Assembly: GCA_005776365.1 (NCBI GenBank)
Contig: SXPK01000181.1
Coordinates: 1 to 47,377 of the forward strand
Direction of reading: 5' to 3'
DNA length: 47,377 nt
Origin: Planctomycetia bacterium
GTDB taxonomy: Bacteria; Planctomycetota; UBA1135; UBA2386
Under the pieces are notes generated by a model that was not told the DNA's origin, did no database searches, and worked only from the letters and a program-made list of their open reading frames with translations. A program made the position numbers and the translations under genes. This document shows positions 34,737 to 44,400 of this stretch, in pieces (the stretch's first letter is position 1; the number at the start of each line of letters is the position of its first letter).

Positions 34737-36986
34737 ATGGCCACTGCATCCGTCCGCTCGTTGTTCCACGCCGCATCGGCCGCGATCTTGCTCGCGCCGT
34801 GGTCGTCGGCAGCATCCGCCCAGTTGCCACAAGGGGTCACCCGCGAACAGATGTGGTACGCGCCCACCGCTGATGACTGGAAGAAGCCGGTGCAGCTCAC
34901 CTTCCAACGCACTTGGGATGACGCGATCGCGCTCAGCAAAGAACAGAAGCGACCCATCCTCGTCTGCGTCAACATGGACGGGGAGATCGCCAGCGAACAC
35001 TACGCCGGCGTGCGATACCGCCTGCCGGAGATCGCGAAGCTCTACGAGCCATACATCTGTGTGATCGCATCCGTCTACCGTCACAACCCCCGTGACTACG
35101 ACGAGGAGGGTCGCCGCATCCCGTGCCCGCGTTTTGGCTGCGTCACCTGCGGAGAGCACATTGCGATCGAGCCGATGTTGTACGAGAAGTTCATGGATGG
35201 CCGGCGCATCGCCCCTCGCCACATCATGGTCGAGCTCGACGGCAGCGAGACCTACGACGTCTTCTATGCCTGGGACACGGACTCGGTATTCGACCGAATC
35301 AAGAAAGGCATCGCCGAACGAACTGTGGTGGCCGAGCCAATCGTGCGCGGCGACAAGTCGATTCTCGAACGCGTGAAGAGCCGCGACGTGCGCGATCGCG
35401 AGGCGGTCGAGCAGGCGTTTGCAGCCGGGCAGCCGCAGATGAAGGACTCGATGCTGAAAGTCGCCGGGACCATGGGTGGCGACGCCCCGGTTGATCTGCT
35501 GCGCATGGGAGTCATGGGCCTCGACGTCGAGCGTGCGAACGCCGCGCGCCGCGCGTTGTCGCAATCGAACCAAGAGGGCGCGATCGACCTCATCGGCGAA
35601 GCGCTCAAGGCCCCACTGGCGGAAGCAGAACGCCGACAGCTCGTCGACGCGTTGAAGCGGCTGGGCGAAAGCGCCCCGCAAGCGCGCACCCTCGCGCTCG
35701 TGCACGAAGGGCTCGCGAGCCGCGACGGCGGCGTCGACGTGAAAGGCTGGGCCCAGGCCATCGAAGCACAGCCGCCACAGGATGCCGCCGACAGCTATGC
35801 GCTCGAAGCTCGCATCCGCCGCGCCGAGGATGCCGCGCGCAAAGAACCGCGCTCGGCTGAGCAGGTGCTGACGATGGCGGAGTCGACGCTCGAGTTGGCT
35901 GCGCGCCAGGATTCCAGCGGCTCGCGCAACGCGCGCGACGCCGAGCGATTTACGCAACTACTGTTCGAGGACGCGCGCGAGCAAGCAAGACGCGCGCAGC
36001 AACTCGGCCTCGCCAACGTCGCCGACGGCGCGTTCCGGGCGCATGCAGTGCTGGCGGCCGCGTCGTGGCAGTTGCGTGACCTCGACGCCGCCTATGCGGC
36101 GGCCGAGGCTGCGTCGCAGCTCGTTCCCAAGGACGCGAGCAGCTACTCCGCGATGCTCACGATGCAAGTGTTCGCAGAAGCACGGCAGACTGCGATCGTC
36201 AACGCGATCCGCGACAAGCAGCAGTGGAAGCGCGAGTGGCTGACGGACGTCCACACCGCCTACTCGGTGCTTGAAAGGCACCCGCTCGGGCAGGACTACC
36301 ACTTCGTCGACCACTTTGACTTCGTCAAGGCGCTCGGCGGCAAGGGGCAGGCGCACGCGATTCTCGATGCCGGCATCGCCCGCTTCCCGGCCTCTTCGTC
36401 GCTGCACGAACGAATGCGATCCCGCATCCTCGAGGAGCAGGGCGCCGAGGCGCTGGAGCGCGTCTATGTTCAGCTGCTGCAGAAGCAGCCGGACGCCGAC
36501 CTCGCCTGGTACACCGGATACGCGACGATGGTCGTAGCCGAGTCACACCGCCGTCGCGGCGAGGCCGACCTTGCCTTGACCGCCTACGACCGCGCAATCG
36601 GGCGTTTCCGCGAGTGTTCAACCATGAACCCCACGAACGCCGGCAACGCGGATCACTACGTGGCGATGGCGCACGCCGGTCGATCGCGCGTGCTGCTCGA
36701 ACAGGGGCTGCTCGTCCCCTCGACGCAGGAGCTGATCACCGCCTTGCGGACCAAACCCGAGGCGACCGCGACCTTCGACGGCCTCAACCTCTCGGCCTCC
36801 GACACGGCGCGGATGCTGCGCACGATGCTGCGCTCGCAGAAGCTCGACGACCAGCTGGCGCAACTCGAGGCCGCGTTGAAGGACGTCGATGCTGACTTGC
36901 TGAAGTTGCCGGCCTACGAGTTCCAGAGCCCCGATCAGGCGCCGCAGAACGGCGGCCCGGCGCGGCAACGCGCCGGCGGACGCTGA
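34737..36986 (+). CDS. Secreted protein: N-terminal thioredoxin-fold-like domain plus long helical (TPR/HEAT-like) C-terminal region
   Basis: I chose the start at MATASVRSLFHAASAAILLAPWSSAASAQ (749 aa). ALSKEQKRPILVCVNMDGEIASEHYAG is DUF255/thioredoxin_7-like; there is also a CPRFGCVTCGEH cysteine cluster. Functional assignment is weak. Confidence 0.7.
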   Translation: MATASVRSLFHAASAAILLAPWSSAASAQLPQGVTREQMWYAPTADDWKKPVQLTFQRTWDDAIALSKEQKRPILVCVNMDGEIASEHYAGVRYRLPEIAKLYEPYICVIASVYRHNPRDYDEEGRRIPCPRFGCVTCGEHIAIEPMLYEKFMDGRRIAPRHIMVELDGSETYDVFYAWDTDSVFDRIKKGIAERTVVAEPIVRGDKSILERVKSRDVRDREAVEQAFAAGQPQMKDSMLKVAGTMGGDAPVDLLRMGVMGLDVERANAARRALSQSNQEGAIDLIGEALKAPLAEAERRQLVDALKRLGESAPQARTLALVHEGLASRDGGVDVKGWAQAIEAQPPQDAADSYALEARIRRAEDAARKEPRSAEQVLTMAESTLELAARQDSSGSRNARDAERFTQLLFEDAREQARRAQQLGLANVADGAFRAHAVLAAASWQLRDLDAAYAAAEAASQLVPKDASSYSAMLTMQVFAEARQTAIVNAIRDKQQWKREWLTDVHTAYSVLERHPLGQDYHFVDHFDFVKALGGKGQAHAILDAGIARFPASSSLHERMRSRILEEQGAEALERVYVQLLQKQPDADLAWYTGYATMVVAESHRRRGEADLALTAYDRAIGRFRECSTMNPTNAGNADHYVAMAHAGRSRVLLEQGLLVPSTQELITALRTKPEATATFDGLNLSASDTARMLRTMLRSQKLDDQLAQLEAALKDVDADLLKLPAYEFQSPDQAPQNGGPARQRAGGR

Positions 36987-37036
36987 CCGATCGCGCGCGC
37001 GACTGTTGCGCGAGTCGCTATGCTCGCGCGCCGTTC

Positions 37037-37948
37037 ATGACGCAGTGCCCCTCGTTCGCCCCGCAGCTCTGGCTGCTCTCGTTGAACCTGATCTGGGGCG
37101 TCAGCTATGCAGCGGTCAAGTTCGCGCTCGATCGCGGCCTGCAGCCGTTCGCTTTGATGACGGCACGCTTCTGGCTTGCGTGCCTCTGTCTCTTGCCCGT
37201 GGTCGCTCTGCGCGAACGGGACCGCCTCGCGGGCGCCGCGGCGCGCGGCGTAGTGACGGGGCTGGCGCTGCTGCTCGGCTACGTCTTGCAGACCTACGGC
37301 ATGCAGCAGACGACGGCTTCGATGGCCAGTTTCCTCTCCGGCCTCATCACATTGCTCGTCGCGCTCGGAGGCTGGCTCGTATTCCGCGAACGGCTCACCA
37401 CGGCGACCGTGCTCGGACTGCTGCTGGGATGCGGGGGGCTCGTGATGATGTGCCTCTGCGCCGAGGCGGAAGGCCCCGAACGCAAGGACACTGTGGCCGG
37501 CATCCTGATGCAGACCGGCGCCGCCGTCAGCTTCGCGTGCCACATCCTGCTGATGTCGAGATGGTCAAGGAGAGGCGAGGAGTTTGCATTCTGTTGGTGG
37601 CAACTCGTGGCGGTCGCCGTGGGAGCCAGCATCGCCTTGCCATTGTCCGGTGGGGCGCCTGGCGCCTGGACGCTGCTGTGCGAACCCTGGATCGTCGGCA
37701 GCATCGTCTACCTCGCCGTGTTTGCGCTCGCGATCGCGCTCGTCGTGCAGAGTCGGATGCAACCACGCATCAAGGCGACCCAAGTCGCGGTGATCTTCGC
37801 GACCCAACCACTGTTCGGGGCGCTCGGTGGCATGGGACTTCTGGGCGATCAGCTCGACACGAAAGAATGGATCGGCGGCGCGATGATCACCGGCGGTGTG
37901 CTGATCGCCGAGTTGCTGAGAACGCGCGCGCCTTCGCAGCAGAACTGA
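37037..37948 (+). CDS. DMT superfamily transporter (EamA/RhaT-like, 10 TM)
   Basis: 303 aa with two EamA-like halves (LNLIWGVSYAAVKFAL.. and ..ATQVAVIFATQPLFGALGG). Confidence 0.85.
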   Translation: MTQCPSFAPQLWLLSLNLIWGVSYAAVKFALDRGLQPFALMTARFWLACLCLLPVVALRERDRLAGAAARGVVTGLALLLGYVLQTYGMQQTTASMASFLSGLITLLVALGGWLVFRERLTTATVLGLLLGCGGLVMMCLCAEAEGPERKDTVAGILMQTGAAVSFACHILLMSRWSRRGEEFAFCWWQLVAVAVGASIALPLSGGAPGAWTLLCEPWIVGSIVYLAVFALAIALVVQSRMQPRIKATQVAVIFATQPLFGALGGMGLLGDQLDTKEWIGGAMITGGVLIAELLRTRAPSQQN

Positions 37949-38015
37949 TGCTGCACGGGCGACCCGCCCAGATCGGGCAAATCGTCCCACTGCCGAGCAC
38001 AGTTCGGTTCTCGCT

Positions 38016-38513
38016 GTGCCGAATCAGGGCTGCTCGACCATGCGCCTCGACCAAGCAGCTCTGCACGATGACCCCGTGGCCGTTCGCCAAGCGGCACAGT
38101 CAGGGATGTCCCTGGTCGACTTGCTCACCGGAATGGTGATCGCGGTGCTGCTGATTGGCGCCGCCTTGATCGGCGTCACGCAGCATCAGGCGCAACGTCG
38201 CGTGCACGGCGAACAGATCCTCGCGATGTCCGCGTGTCGCAACATGCTGGAAACCCTGCGCAGCGTCGACATCGCCACGCTGCCAACGCTCGACGGGCAG
38301 GACTTCGAGGTGCTCGGCCAGAACGGCCAGACGCGCGGCCTCACACCGGTCGAAGGCGATCCCGACGGCAGTGCAGGAGAGGTCTCGGTCGTCGCGCACG
38401 CACGCAGCCAACCCGCCAACCCCCTGTATGTCGTGACAGCGCGAGTGCGATGGCGCGGGGCGACTCGCGGCGGCAACCTCGCGATGCAGACCTTGATGGG
38501 AGAACGGCGATGA
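38016..38513 (+). CDS. Prepilin-type N-terminal domain protein (pseudopilin-like, degenerate motif)
   Basis: Leader ..AAQSG followed by MSLVDLLTGMVIAVLLIGAAL, i.e. G/MSLVD, with Asp at the usual Glu5 position. The start is GTG 38016 or ATG 38040. The stop overlaps the next start (ATGA). Confidence 0.65.
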   Translation: MPNQGCSTMRLDQAALHDDPVAVRQAAQSGMSLVDLLTGMVIAVLLIGAALIGVTQHQAQRRVHGEQILAMSACRNMLETLRSVDIATLPTLDGQDFEVLGQNGQTRGLTPVEGDPDGSAGEVSVVAHARSQPANPLYVVTARVRWRGATRGGNLAMQTLMGERR

Positions 38514-39124
38514 ACCGGCAAGCGGGCTTCACCCTCGTCGAACTCACTCTCGTGGCCGCGCTGCTGGCCATGATCATGGCGGGCGTAGCCTCGTTCCTTG
38601 GCGCAGCCACCACCAGCATCCGACTCGACGACAACATCGCGGTCGCGATGGAGTCGCTGCAACGCTCCGCGATCCGCGTGTCGCAGGTCATGCGGCCCTG
38701 CTCCATCTCGACTTATCGCGTGCAGTCGACGCCAGCCGATGTTCCGGCCGCGGCAGCTGCCGAGGGCCTGTGGATCGAGCCGGTCGACGGCGACGCACGA
38801 GCGGCGATCTTGTTCCGCTCGGCTACGGGCGAGTTGTCGCTCAACGCGCAAGAACTCACCGAACCGCGCTCGTTTCGGATCCAACTGGAGCCGGGCGAGA
38901 ACGACAACGACGCAGACGACGATGGCGACGGCCTCATCGACGAAGGCCGACTGATGATGGACTACGACGGGATCCCCGTGGCGCTCGCGTCCAACCTCGA
39001 GGCCGCGACCTTCACGTTGACCGGTCGATTGTTGACCATCCGAGTGCAGTCGGCCGCGCGCACGCGCGCCGGCCTCGTGCAGCGATTCACCGCCGAAGAA
39101 GTGCTCTACCTGCGCAACAACTGA
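38510..39124 (+). CDS. Prepilin-type N-terminal cleavage/methylation domain protein (pseudopilin)
   Basis: MNRQAGFTLVELTLVAALLAMIMAG is a canonical G/FTLxE motif (204 aa). It contains an acidic loop, ENDNDADDDGDGLIDEG. Confidence 0.8.
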   Translation: MNRQAGFTLVELTLVAALLAMIMAGVASFLGAATTSIRLDDNIAVAMESLQRSAIRVSQVMRPCSISTYRVQSTPADVPAAAAAEGLWIEPVDGDARAAILFRSATGELSLNAQELTEPRSFRIQLEPGENDNDADDDGDGLIDEGRLMMDYDGIPVALASNLEAATFTLTGRLLTIRVQSAARTRAGLVQRFTAEEVLYLRNN

Positions 39125-39131
39125 GCTAGCC

Positions 39132-40229
39132 ATGCACACGCTTCGAGAGAGTCGGGATGAGCAGGGCTTCGCGGCCATCCTGTTCGTACTGATCCTGGTG
39201 CCCGCCTTGATCGTGATCGGCAGCTACGTCCAGTCGATGACGGAACGCAATCAGCGTTTGCTGCTCGAGACGCGCGAGGAGCAAGCGATGCTCGCGGCGG
39301 AGTCAGGCATCGACTACTCACTGAACGAGGCGCGTCGCGGCACGCTCATCGCAGGGATCGGGGCGAGCTACACGTTCACCGACACGCTGCCCGATGGCAG
39401 CGTGTTCACGACAGTTTGCGTCTATCTCAAAGGCGACGGACTCGACAACGACTCCGACGGCAGCATCGACGAAGCAGACGAGGACGTGTTCCGCGTCGTC
39501 AGCACCGGTGCAACGCAGAACAGCCGTCGCCGCATCGCGGCCTATCTCGGCTTCTCGAGCTACTTGCCGGAGCTGGAAAGCGCGATCACCGTCACCAACC
39601 CCGACGTCTCGATCACCATCAGCGGGTCCGCTCGCGCCGACGGCCGCAACTACACGCTGCTCGGCGCCCTCATGGGATCCGGCGACACCTACGGAATCGC
39701 CATCACTCCGCCGGGCGATGAGAACGACCTCGACTCCGAGCTCAGTTGGAGCGAGGAATCCAAGGTGCTGGGCACCGGCGGCTCAGGGAGCTATGGCGAG
39801 GCGAACCCCTTCGACGTCGCAAAGTTGGTCGACTTCGCGCGCAATAGCGCCAGCGTCGTCATCACCAATACCAACGTCAGCTCCGTGACCTACGGCTCCG
39901 CTGCCGCGCCCGTAGTTGCCTATCGCGAAGGGGACGTGCGCATCCAGGGAAACTCCGCGGGCTGGGGCCTCCTGGTCGTGAACGGCACGTTGCGGCTCGC
40001 AGGCACCTTCGATTGGTATGGAGTCATCATCTGCACCGGCTCGATCGAGTGCGGTGCCGGCAACGCCCGCGTCCTCGGCGGCATGGTCCAAGGCCCTGAT
40101 GGGGCGGCGATCACCATGACTGGCACGATCGATGCGCGATACTCCTCGGCAGGCGTCGACCTGGCGGCTCAACTCACCGGCCGATACGTCGCGTTCAACG
40201 GCTGGCAGGAAATCTCAACCAACAACTGA
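39132..40229 (+). CDS. PilX_N-like minor pilin/pseudopilin-associated protein
   Basis: N-terminus RDEQGFAAILFVLILVPALIVIGSY is PilX N-terminal-like. Acidic loop GDGLDNDSDGSIDEADED. C-terminal WGLLVVNGTLRLAGTFDWYGVIICTGSIECGAGNARVLGGMV. Confidence 0.65.
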   Translation: MHTLRESRDEQGFAAILFVLILVPALIVIGSYVQSMTERNQRLLLETREEQAMLAAESGIDYSLNEARRGTLIAGIGASYTFTDTLPDGSVFTTVCVYLKGDGLDNDSDGSIDEADEDVFRVVSTGATQNSRRRIAAYLGFSSYLPELESAITVTNPDVSITISGSARADGRNYTLLGALMGSGDTYGIAITPPGDENDLDSELSWSEESKVLGTGGSGSYGEANPFDVAKLVDFARNSASVVITNTNVSSVTYGSAAAPVVAYREGDVRIQGNSAGWGLLVVNGTLRLAGTFDWYGVIICTGSIECGAGNARVLGGMVQGPDGAAITMTGTIDARYSSAGVDLAAQLTGRYVAFNGWQEISTNN

Positions 40230-40230
40230 G

Positions 40231-41439
40231 ATGGCAAGACAGGAAGCACGCGTTCGGGCTCGTCACCTTGCACGCCACAATTGGTCGCGTCGCATTGCAG
40301 CAATGCTGATGTGCGCGTCGCTGGGCCTTTTCGGCCTCACGCTGCTCCAGCGCGGCGTCGACAGCGCAGCTCGCCGGCCAAGCTCCGCATCGTCCTCTGA
40401 GCTGCGCCAACTCGGCGCGTTGCTGGAGCCGCTCCGCGCATACGTGGCGCCGGCTCAACGCATGGCTGCCCTCGAACGAGCGCGCCCGCGTCTCGAGGCG
40501 CTGCTGTCCGCGATGTCCATCGTGCTCTCGCAACCTGCGCACCCGCTGTTTCCCGACGTGGCGACAGCTGCTGCAGACCTGAGGATCGAGGATCTCGAAC
40601 CCGCGTTGCGCTCTTCGCTTGTCATCGCTCGCGGCGAATCCCTGGCAATCGCCTGGACCAGCGTCGACAGACTCCAGCCCATCGGCGAATCCGAAATCGT
40701 GGCCTTGCTCGAGGCGCCGGACCACGGATTGACCATCGCCGGGCTTCGCATCGCATCGACGCGCGATCCACTGCCGGACTCGCTGGTAGGCGCCATTCTC
40801 GGTTGCGTTCGCAGCGGCGACCCGCGGATTCGCATGTTGGCCATCTCCTGCGTGCCAGGAGAACTGGATCCATCGCACACCGACATGGTGCTGGATCTCT
40901 GCGACGAAAACCCCGCCGACGCCGGCATCGCAGCGCTTCTCGGCCGCGTGCCACCAAGCGAACGCGGACTCGAGTGCCTGCTGTCCCGCGTGCAAGGAGC
41001 CGACGCAGATACGATGACGAGGCTGCAGCCAGCCATTCGCCGCTACGCCGGGTTGGAGCCCATCCGCAAGGCGCTATGGGAAATCGCCACCGACCTCGAC
41101 GACATCGACCGCGCTGCCCGCGCCATGCACTGCCTCGAGATCGCCGGCGAAAGGGAACCAGCTTCCGCCGTCCCGAGCTCGTGGCCACTGCGCCTGCAGT
41201 ATGGCCTCGCACGCATCCGAGTGGCCAATCGCGAACTCGCCGGCATCGACGCGCTGCTGACGGTCGCCGCTGTCGACGACACCGCGGCAACAAGAGACCC
41301 CGAGACCGTGCGCGATGCTCGCATCGCGCTCGCCGCCCTGGCCCGGCTCGCGCCGCATGCGACGCTCGAAGAACTCCGCGCCTGGCGCAACACGATCGTT
41401 GCAGTGCCCGACGAGCCGCTACCCACACCGTCGCGCTGA
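40231..41439 (+). CDS. Membrane-anchored hypothetical protein, helical-repeat (HEAT-like) ectodomain or cytoplasmic domain
   Basis: I chose the start at MARQEARVRARHLARHNWSRRIAAMLMCASLGLFGLTLL (402 aa), 1 nt after the previous stop. The repeat assignment is tentative. Confidence 0.55.
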   Translation: MARQEARVRARHLARHNWSRRIAAMLMCASLGLFGLTLLQRGVDSAARRPSSASSSELRQLGALLEPLRAYVAPAQRMAALERARPRLEALLSAMSIVLSQPAHPLFPDVATAAADLRIEDLEPALRSSLVIARGESLAIAWTSVDRLQPIGESEIVALLEAPDHGLTIAGLRIASTRDPLPDSLVGAILGCVRSGDPRIRMLAISCVPGELDPSHTDMVLDLCDENPADAGIAALLGRVPPSERGLECLLSRVQGADADTMTRLQPAIRRYAGLEPIRKALWEIATDLDDIDRAARAMHCLEIAGEREPASAVPSSWPLRLQYGLARIRVANRELAGIDALLTVAAVDDTAATRDPETVRDARIALAALARLAPHATLEELRAWRNTIVAVPDEPLPTPSR

Positions 41440-41466
41440 CTTCATCGCGACCTTGCGGCTTGATCT

Positions 41467-44400
41467 TCAAGGCAGCGAGAAGGCCTCGCTCCTTTCGACG
41501 CCATCTGCCGCATAGTCACCCAGCTCGAACACCAAAGCGCGATAGTTGCGCACATCGAGCACGGCAAGGGACTGAATCGCGCGCAGCGACACGAGCTCGT
41601 TGCGCAACTCGTGGCCTTGACGCCAGCAGGAGTCCAACCGCTGCGCGACAAGGGCGAGCAGATCGCGTTCTTCGCCGGCCTCATGCATCGCTTCGACCCG
41701 GCGCCGCACCTCGCTGTCGCGCATGCACGCCAAACGCAACCGACTACGAGCCGCGGGCGACAAAGGCGACACGCGCGACGCGCACCAACGATCGACTGCG
41801 TCGGGATGCCACCGTCCACGAAGCCGCCACCATGTCGCGCGCAGGAGTCCTGGCAACTCGCCATCACGCAGCAAGGTCGGCAACTCGGATGCTGACCATG
41901 CAGCGGCATCGAAGAGCGTGCGCACCCGATCGCGGTCGGTCATCCAAGCGATCGTGACGGCAAGTTCTCCGTCGCGACGGACTTCGGATGCCGCGCCAAG
42001 GTCCCCCACCCTCGGCAGCCAACGCAATGCCTCGCGCAGTTGCAGCACATGTCGTCGATTGGTGTCGGCCGCGGCAAGCAGCGTCGCGCGCTCCCGCTCG
42101 TGAACTCTGAGGAAGTCGAGGTCGCGCTCCAACTGTGACGCCGCTTGCTCAGCCACGCCGACGAACGATGGGCTCGCTCCGCAATAAGTCGGATCGACGC
42201 AAACGCGCAGACGAGTCGCCTCGAGCAGACCAGGCGCCTTCATGCGATGGATCTTGCGCATCGCGACCGCGAAGGTCGCGACCGGCGCCGTGCGTCGCTC
42301 CATTTCGAGCCGCGGTGCGACAACCTCGCGGACGATTTGTCGGACGCGCACTACGGACCAAAACACGCCGCGCAACACACGCAAAGGCACCGCCAAAGGT
42401 GCGAGCAAGACGCGACCATGCGACCAGCGCGACCAGTAGCTGCGCCATGGATTGAGCGTCTGCAGCACTCCGTCGACATTCTCAGCGGCGCGCATGCCGA
42501 AGATCGTGCGGATCATGTGTCGCCGGTCCGATCGCAGCGCAGCGAGCACATCAGGGCCGAAGGTCCGCTCGACGTGAGCATCGCGTTCCGGCTCGGCTGC
42601 GAGGAAGTGGAGCGCATGAAACTCAGTCGTCGCCAATCCCGCAGATCCGACCTCGGCAGAGAACCGTTCGATCGTGCGCCCGTGGCGTTGGTCCTTGCGC
42701 GAGCGCAACCAATCGGCCAGCAGCCGCTCGCGTTCAGGCGACAACGACGCGCGCTGGGAGAGCGGCACACAGCGGCGGTTGTATTCGAGCAGTCTCTTGC
42801 TGACCTCGACCGCGATTGACTCGGTGATGAAGCGGAACCACAGATACGGCCCGCGGAACACCGACCCATCGTCGAGTCGAAGTGCGCGAAGGCGCTTTCT
42901 GTCCTTGCGCGTGTGCCCGAGGTGCAGCAGCCGCAGGTTCTCGAGCGAGAGGTTTGCGAGGATCTGCTCCGTTGTCTTGACGTCACTGTCGTGCAGCAGC
43001 GCGCCACCGAGAAAGTGCAGGTAGAGGAGAGCAACGCGGCTCGCGAGTTGCTCTTGCGCAGCGTCGAAGTCATGCAAATCGACTGGAACCCCTGCTCGTG
43101 CGCCGCGGATCTGCCCTGACAACAACTCGCTCGTTCGAATCGGCGCGCAATCTTCGATCGTGCGCCGGGCAAGGAAGGCTGCGTCTTCCGCCTCATGGCG
43201 TTGCTTCTGCAATCCAAGCAATGCGACGAAGTGCGCCTCACTCGTAAGACGGAACGTCTCGCTGGCCTCGCCAGCAATGCGCTTGAGCCACCAACCGGTG
43301 ACGAGAAACACCAGGCAGACGCTGCCCAGCAGGAGCAAGGGCATGCCGACGATCGTGGAGAGACAGTTCTCTTCCCAGAACAGACTCAACACAGAGAACA
43401 AGCCGCCGAAGAAGAGCAACCGCACTGCCGGCCGCTGACTGGCCTTGACCATCGCCGTTGCGATCCGGTCCAAAATCTGCGGTCCCGTGACGATGCCGTG
43501 CAAGTCGGCAAAGAACTGGAGGCGATCCTGCCAGAGCATCAGCCAATCAGCGATGCGTCTGCCGAGCGCCGCGACGCGTTCTTCCGCCGTTCTGTGCCAG
43601 CCGCGAAGACAGAAGGAAGAGAGCAAGGGCAGCCAACGCAACGGTGGCGCACTGATCAAGCGCAACATCCGGTCGAGTGAGCGGATCTCGGACGAACTCA
43701 GGGATCGCGCGACGTCTTCGGCTCGCAGCGACCACAAGAAGTCACATGCGTCGTCGACCGCAACTTCGCGCGATGGCGGCATGGTCGCGACGCCGGTCCA
43801 CGCGCCACGGAATGCGTCAGCACGCTGGATCGCGTCAGCCAGCGCTTCGCCTGCCGCCGCGATACCTGCAGCGCCTGGCATCGACTCCAACTCGACGCGC
43901 TCGAGCGCCAGCGCCTTTGCCAAGAGTTCCTGCTTCGCGTCAGGCTCACCGCGTTCGGGGTCCGCCGCACCGAGAAACACGATGGTCTGATCGAGCACTC
44001 CGCGAAAGCGGCGAACCGAGGCGTCCATCCCGCGCACGAGCAACAACAGGAGCCGCGCGAATCGCAGAGTCGGACGCAGGATTTGCAGCCCTGATGCGGC
44101 AGCGCCCATGCGGAACAGGCGCAACAAGCGAATGGCAATCGCGTCGCCGGCATGCGTCGTCGCCACGGGTATCGGCAACAGCAACAAGACCGCCGGGATC
44201 GCAGGCAACAGGTCCGTCAGTGCGTTGCGCAAGAACCACGATCCCCTGCGGTCCGACAGCGACAACTTGAGTGCGAACTCGCCGACGAACCAGCAGCCCG
44301 CGGCTGCATCGAGTGCATTCGCCCATTCCAGCGCCTGCTCGCCCATCGACGATGATTGGGCGACCAGGGAGCCGATCACTACGAAGAGCAACCAGAAGCT

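Noticed and set aside
34509-35957. 482-aa minus-strand ORF opposite the thioredoxin-like/TPR-like gene
   Set aside because: It has antisense-type composition. The plus-strand gene has a signal peptide and structured repeats.
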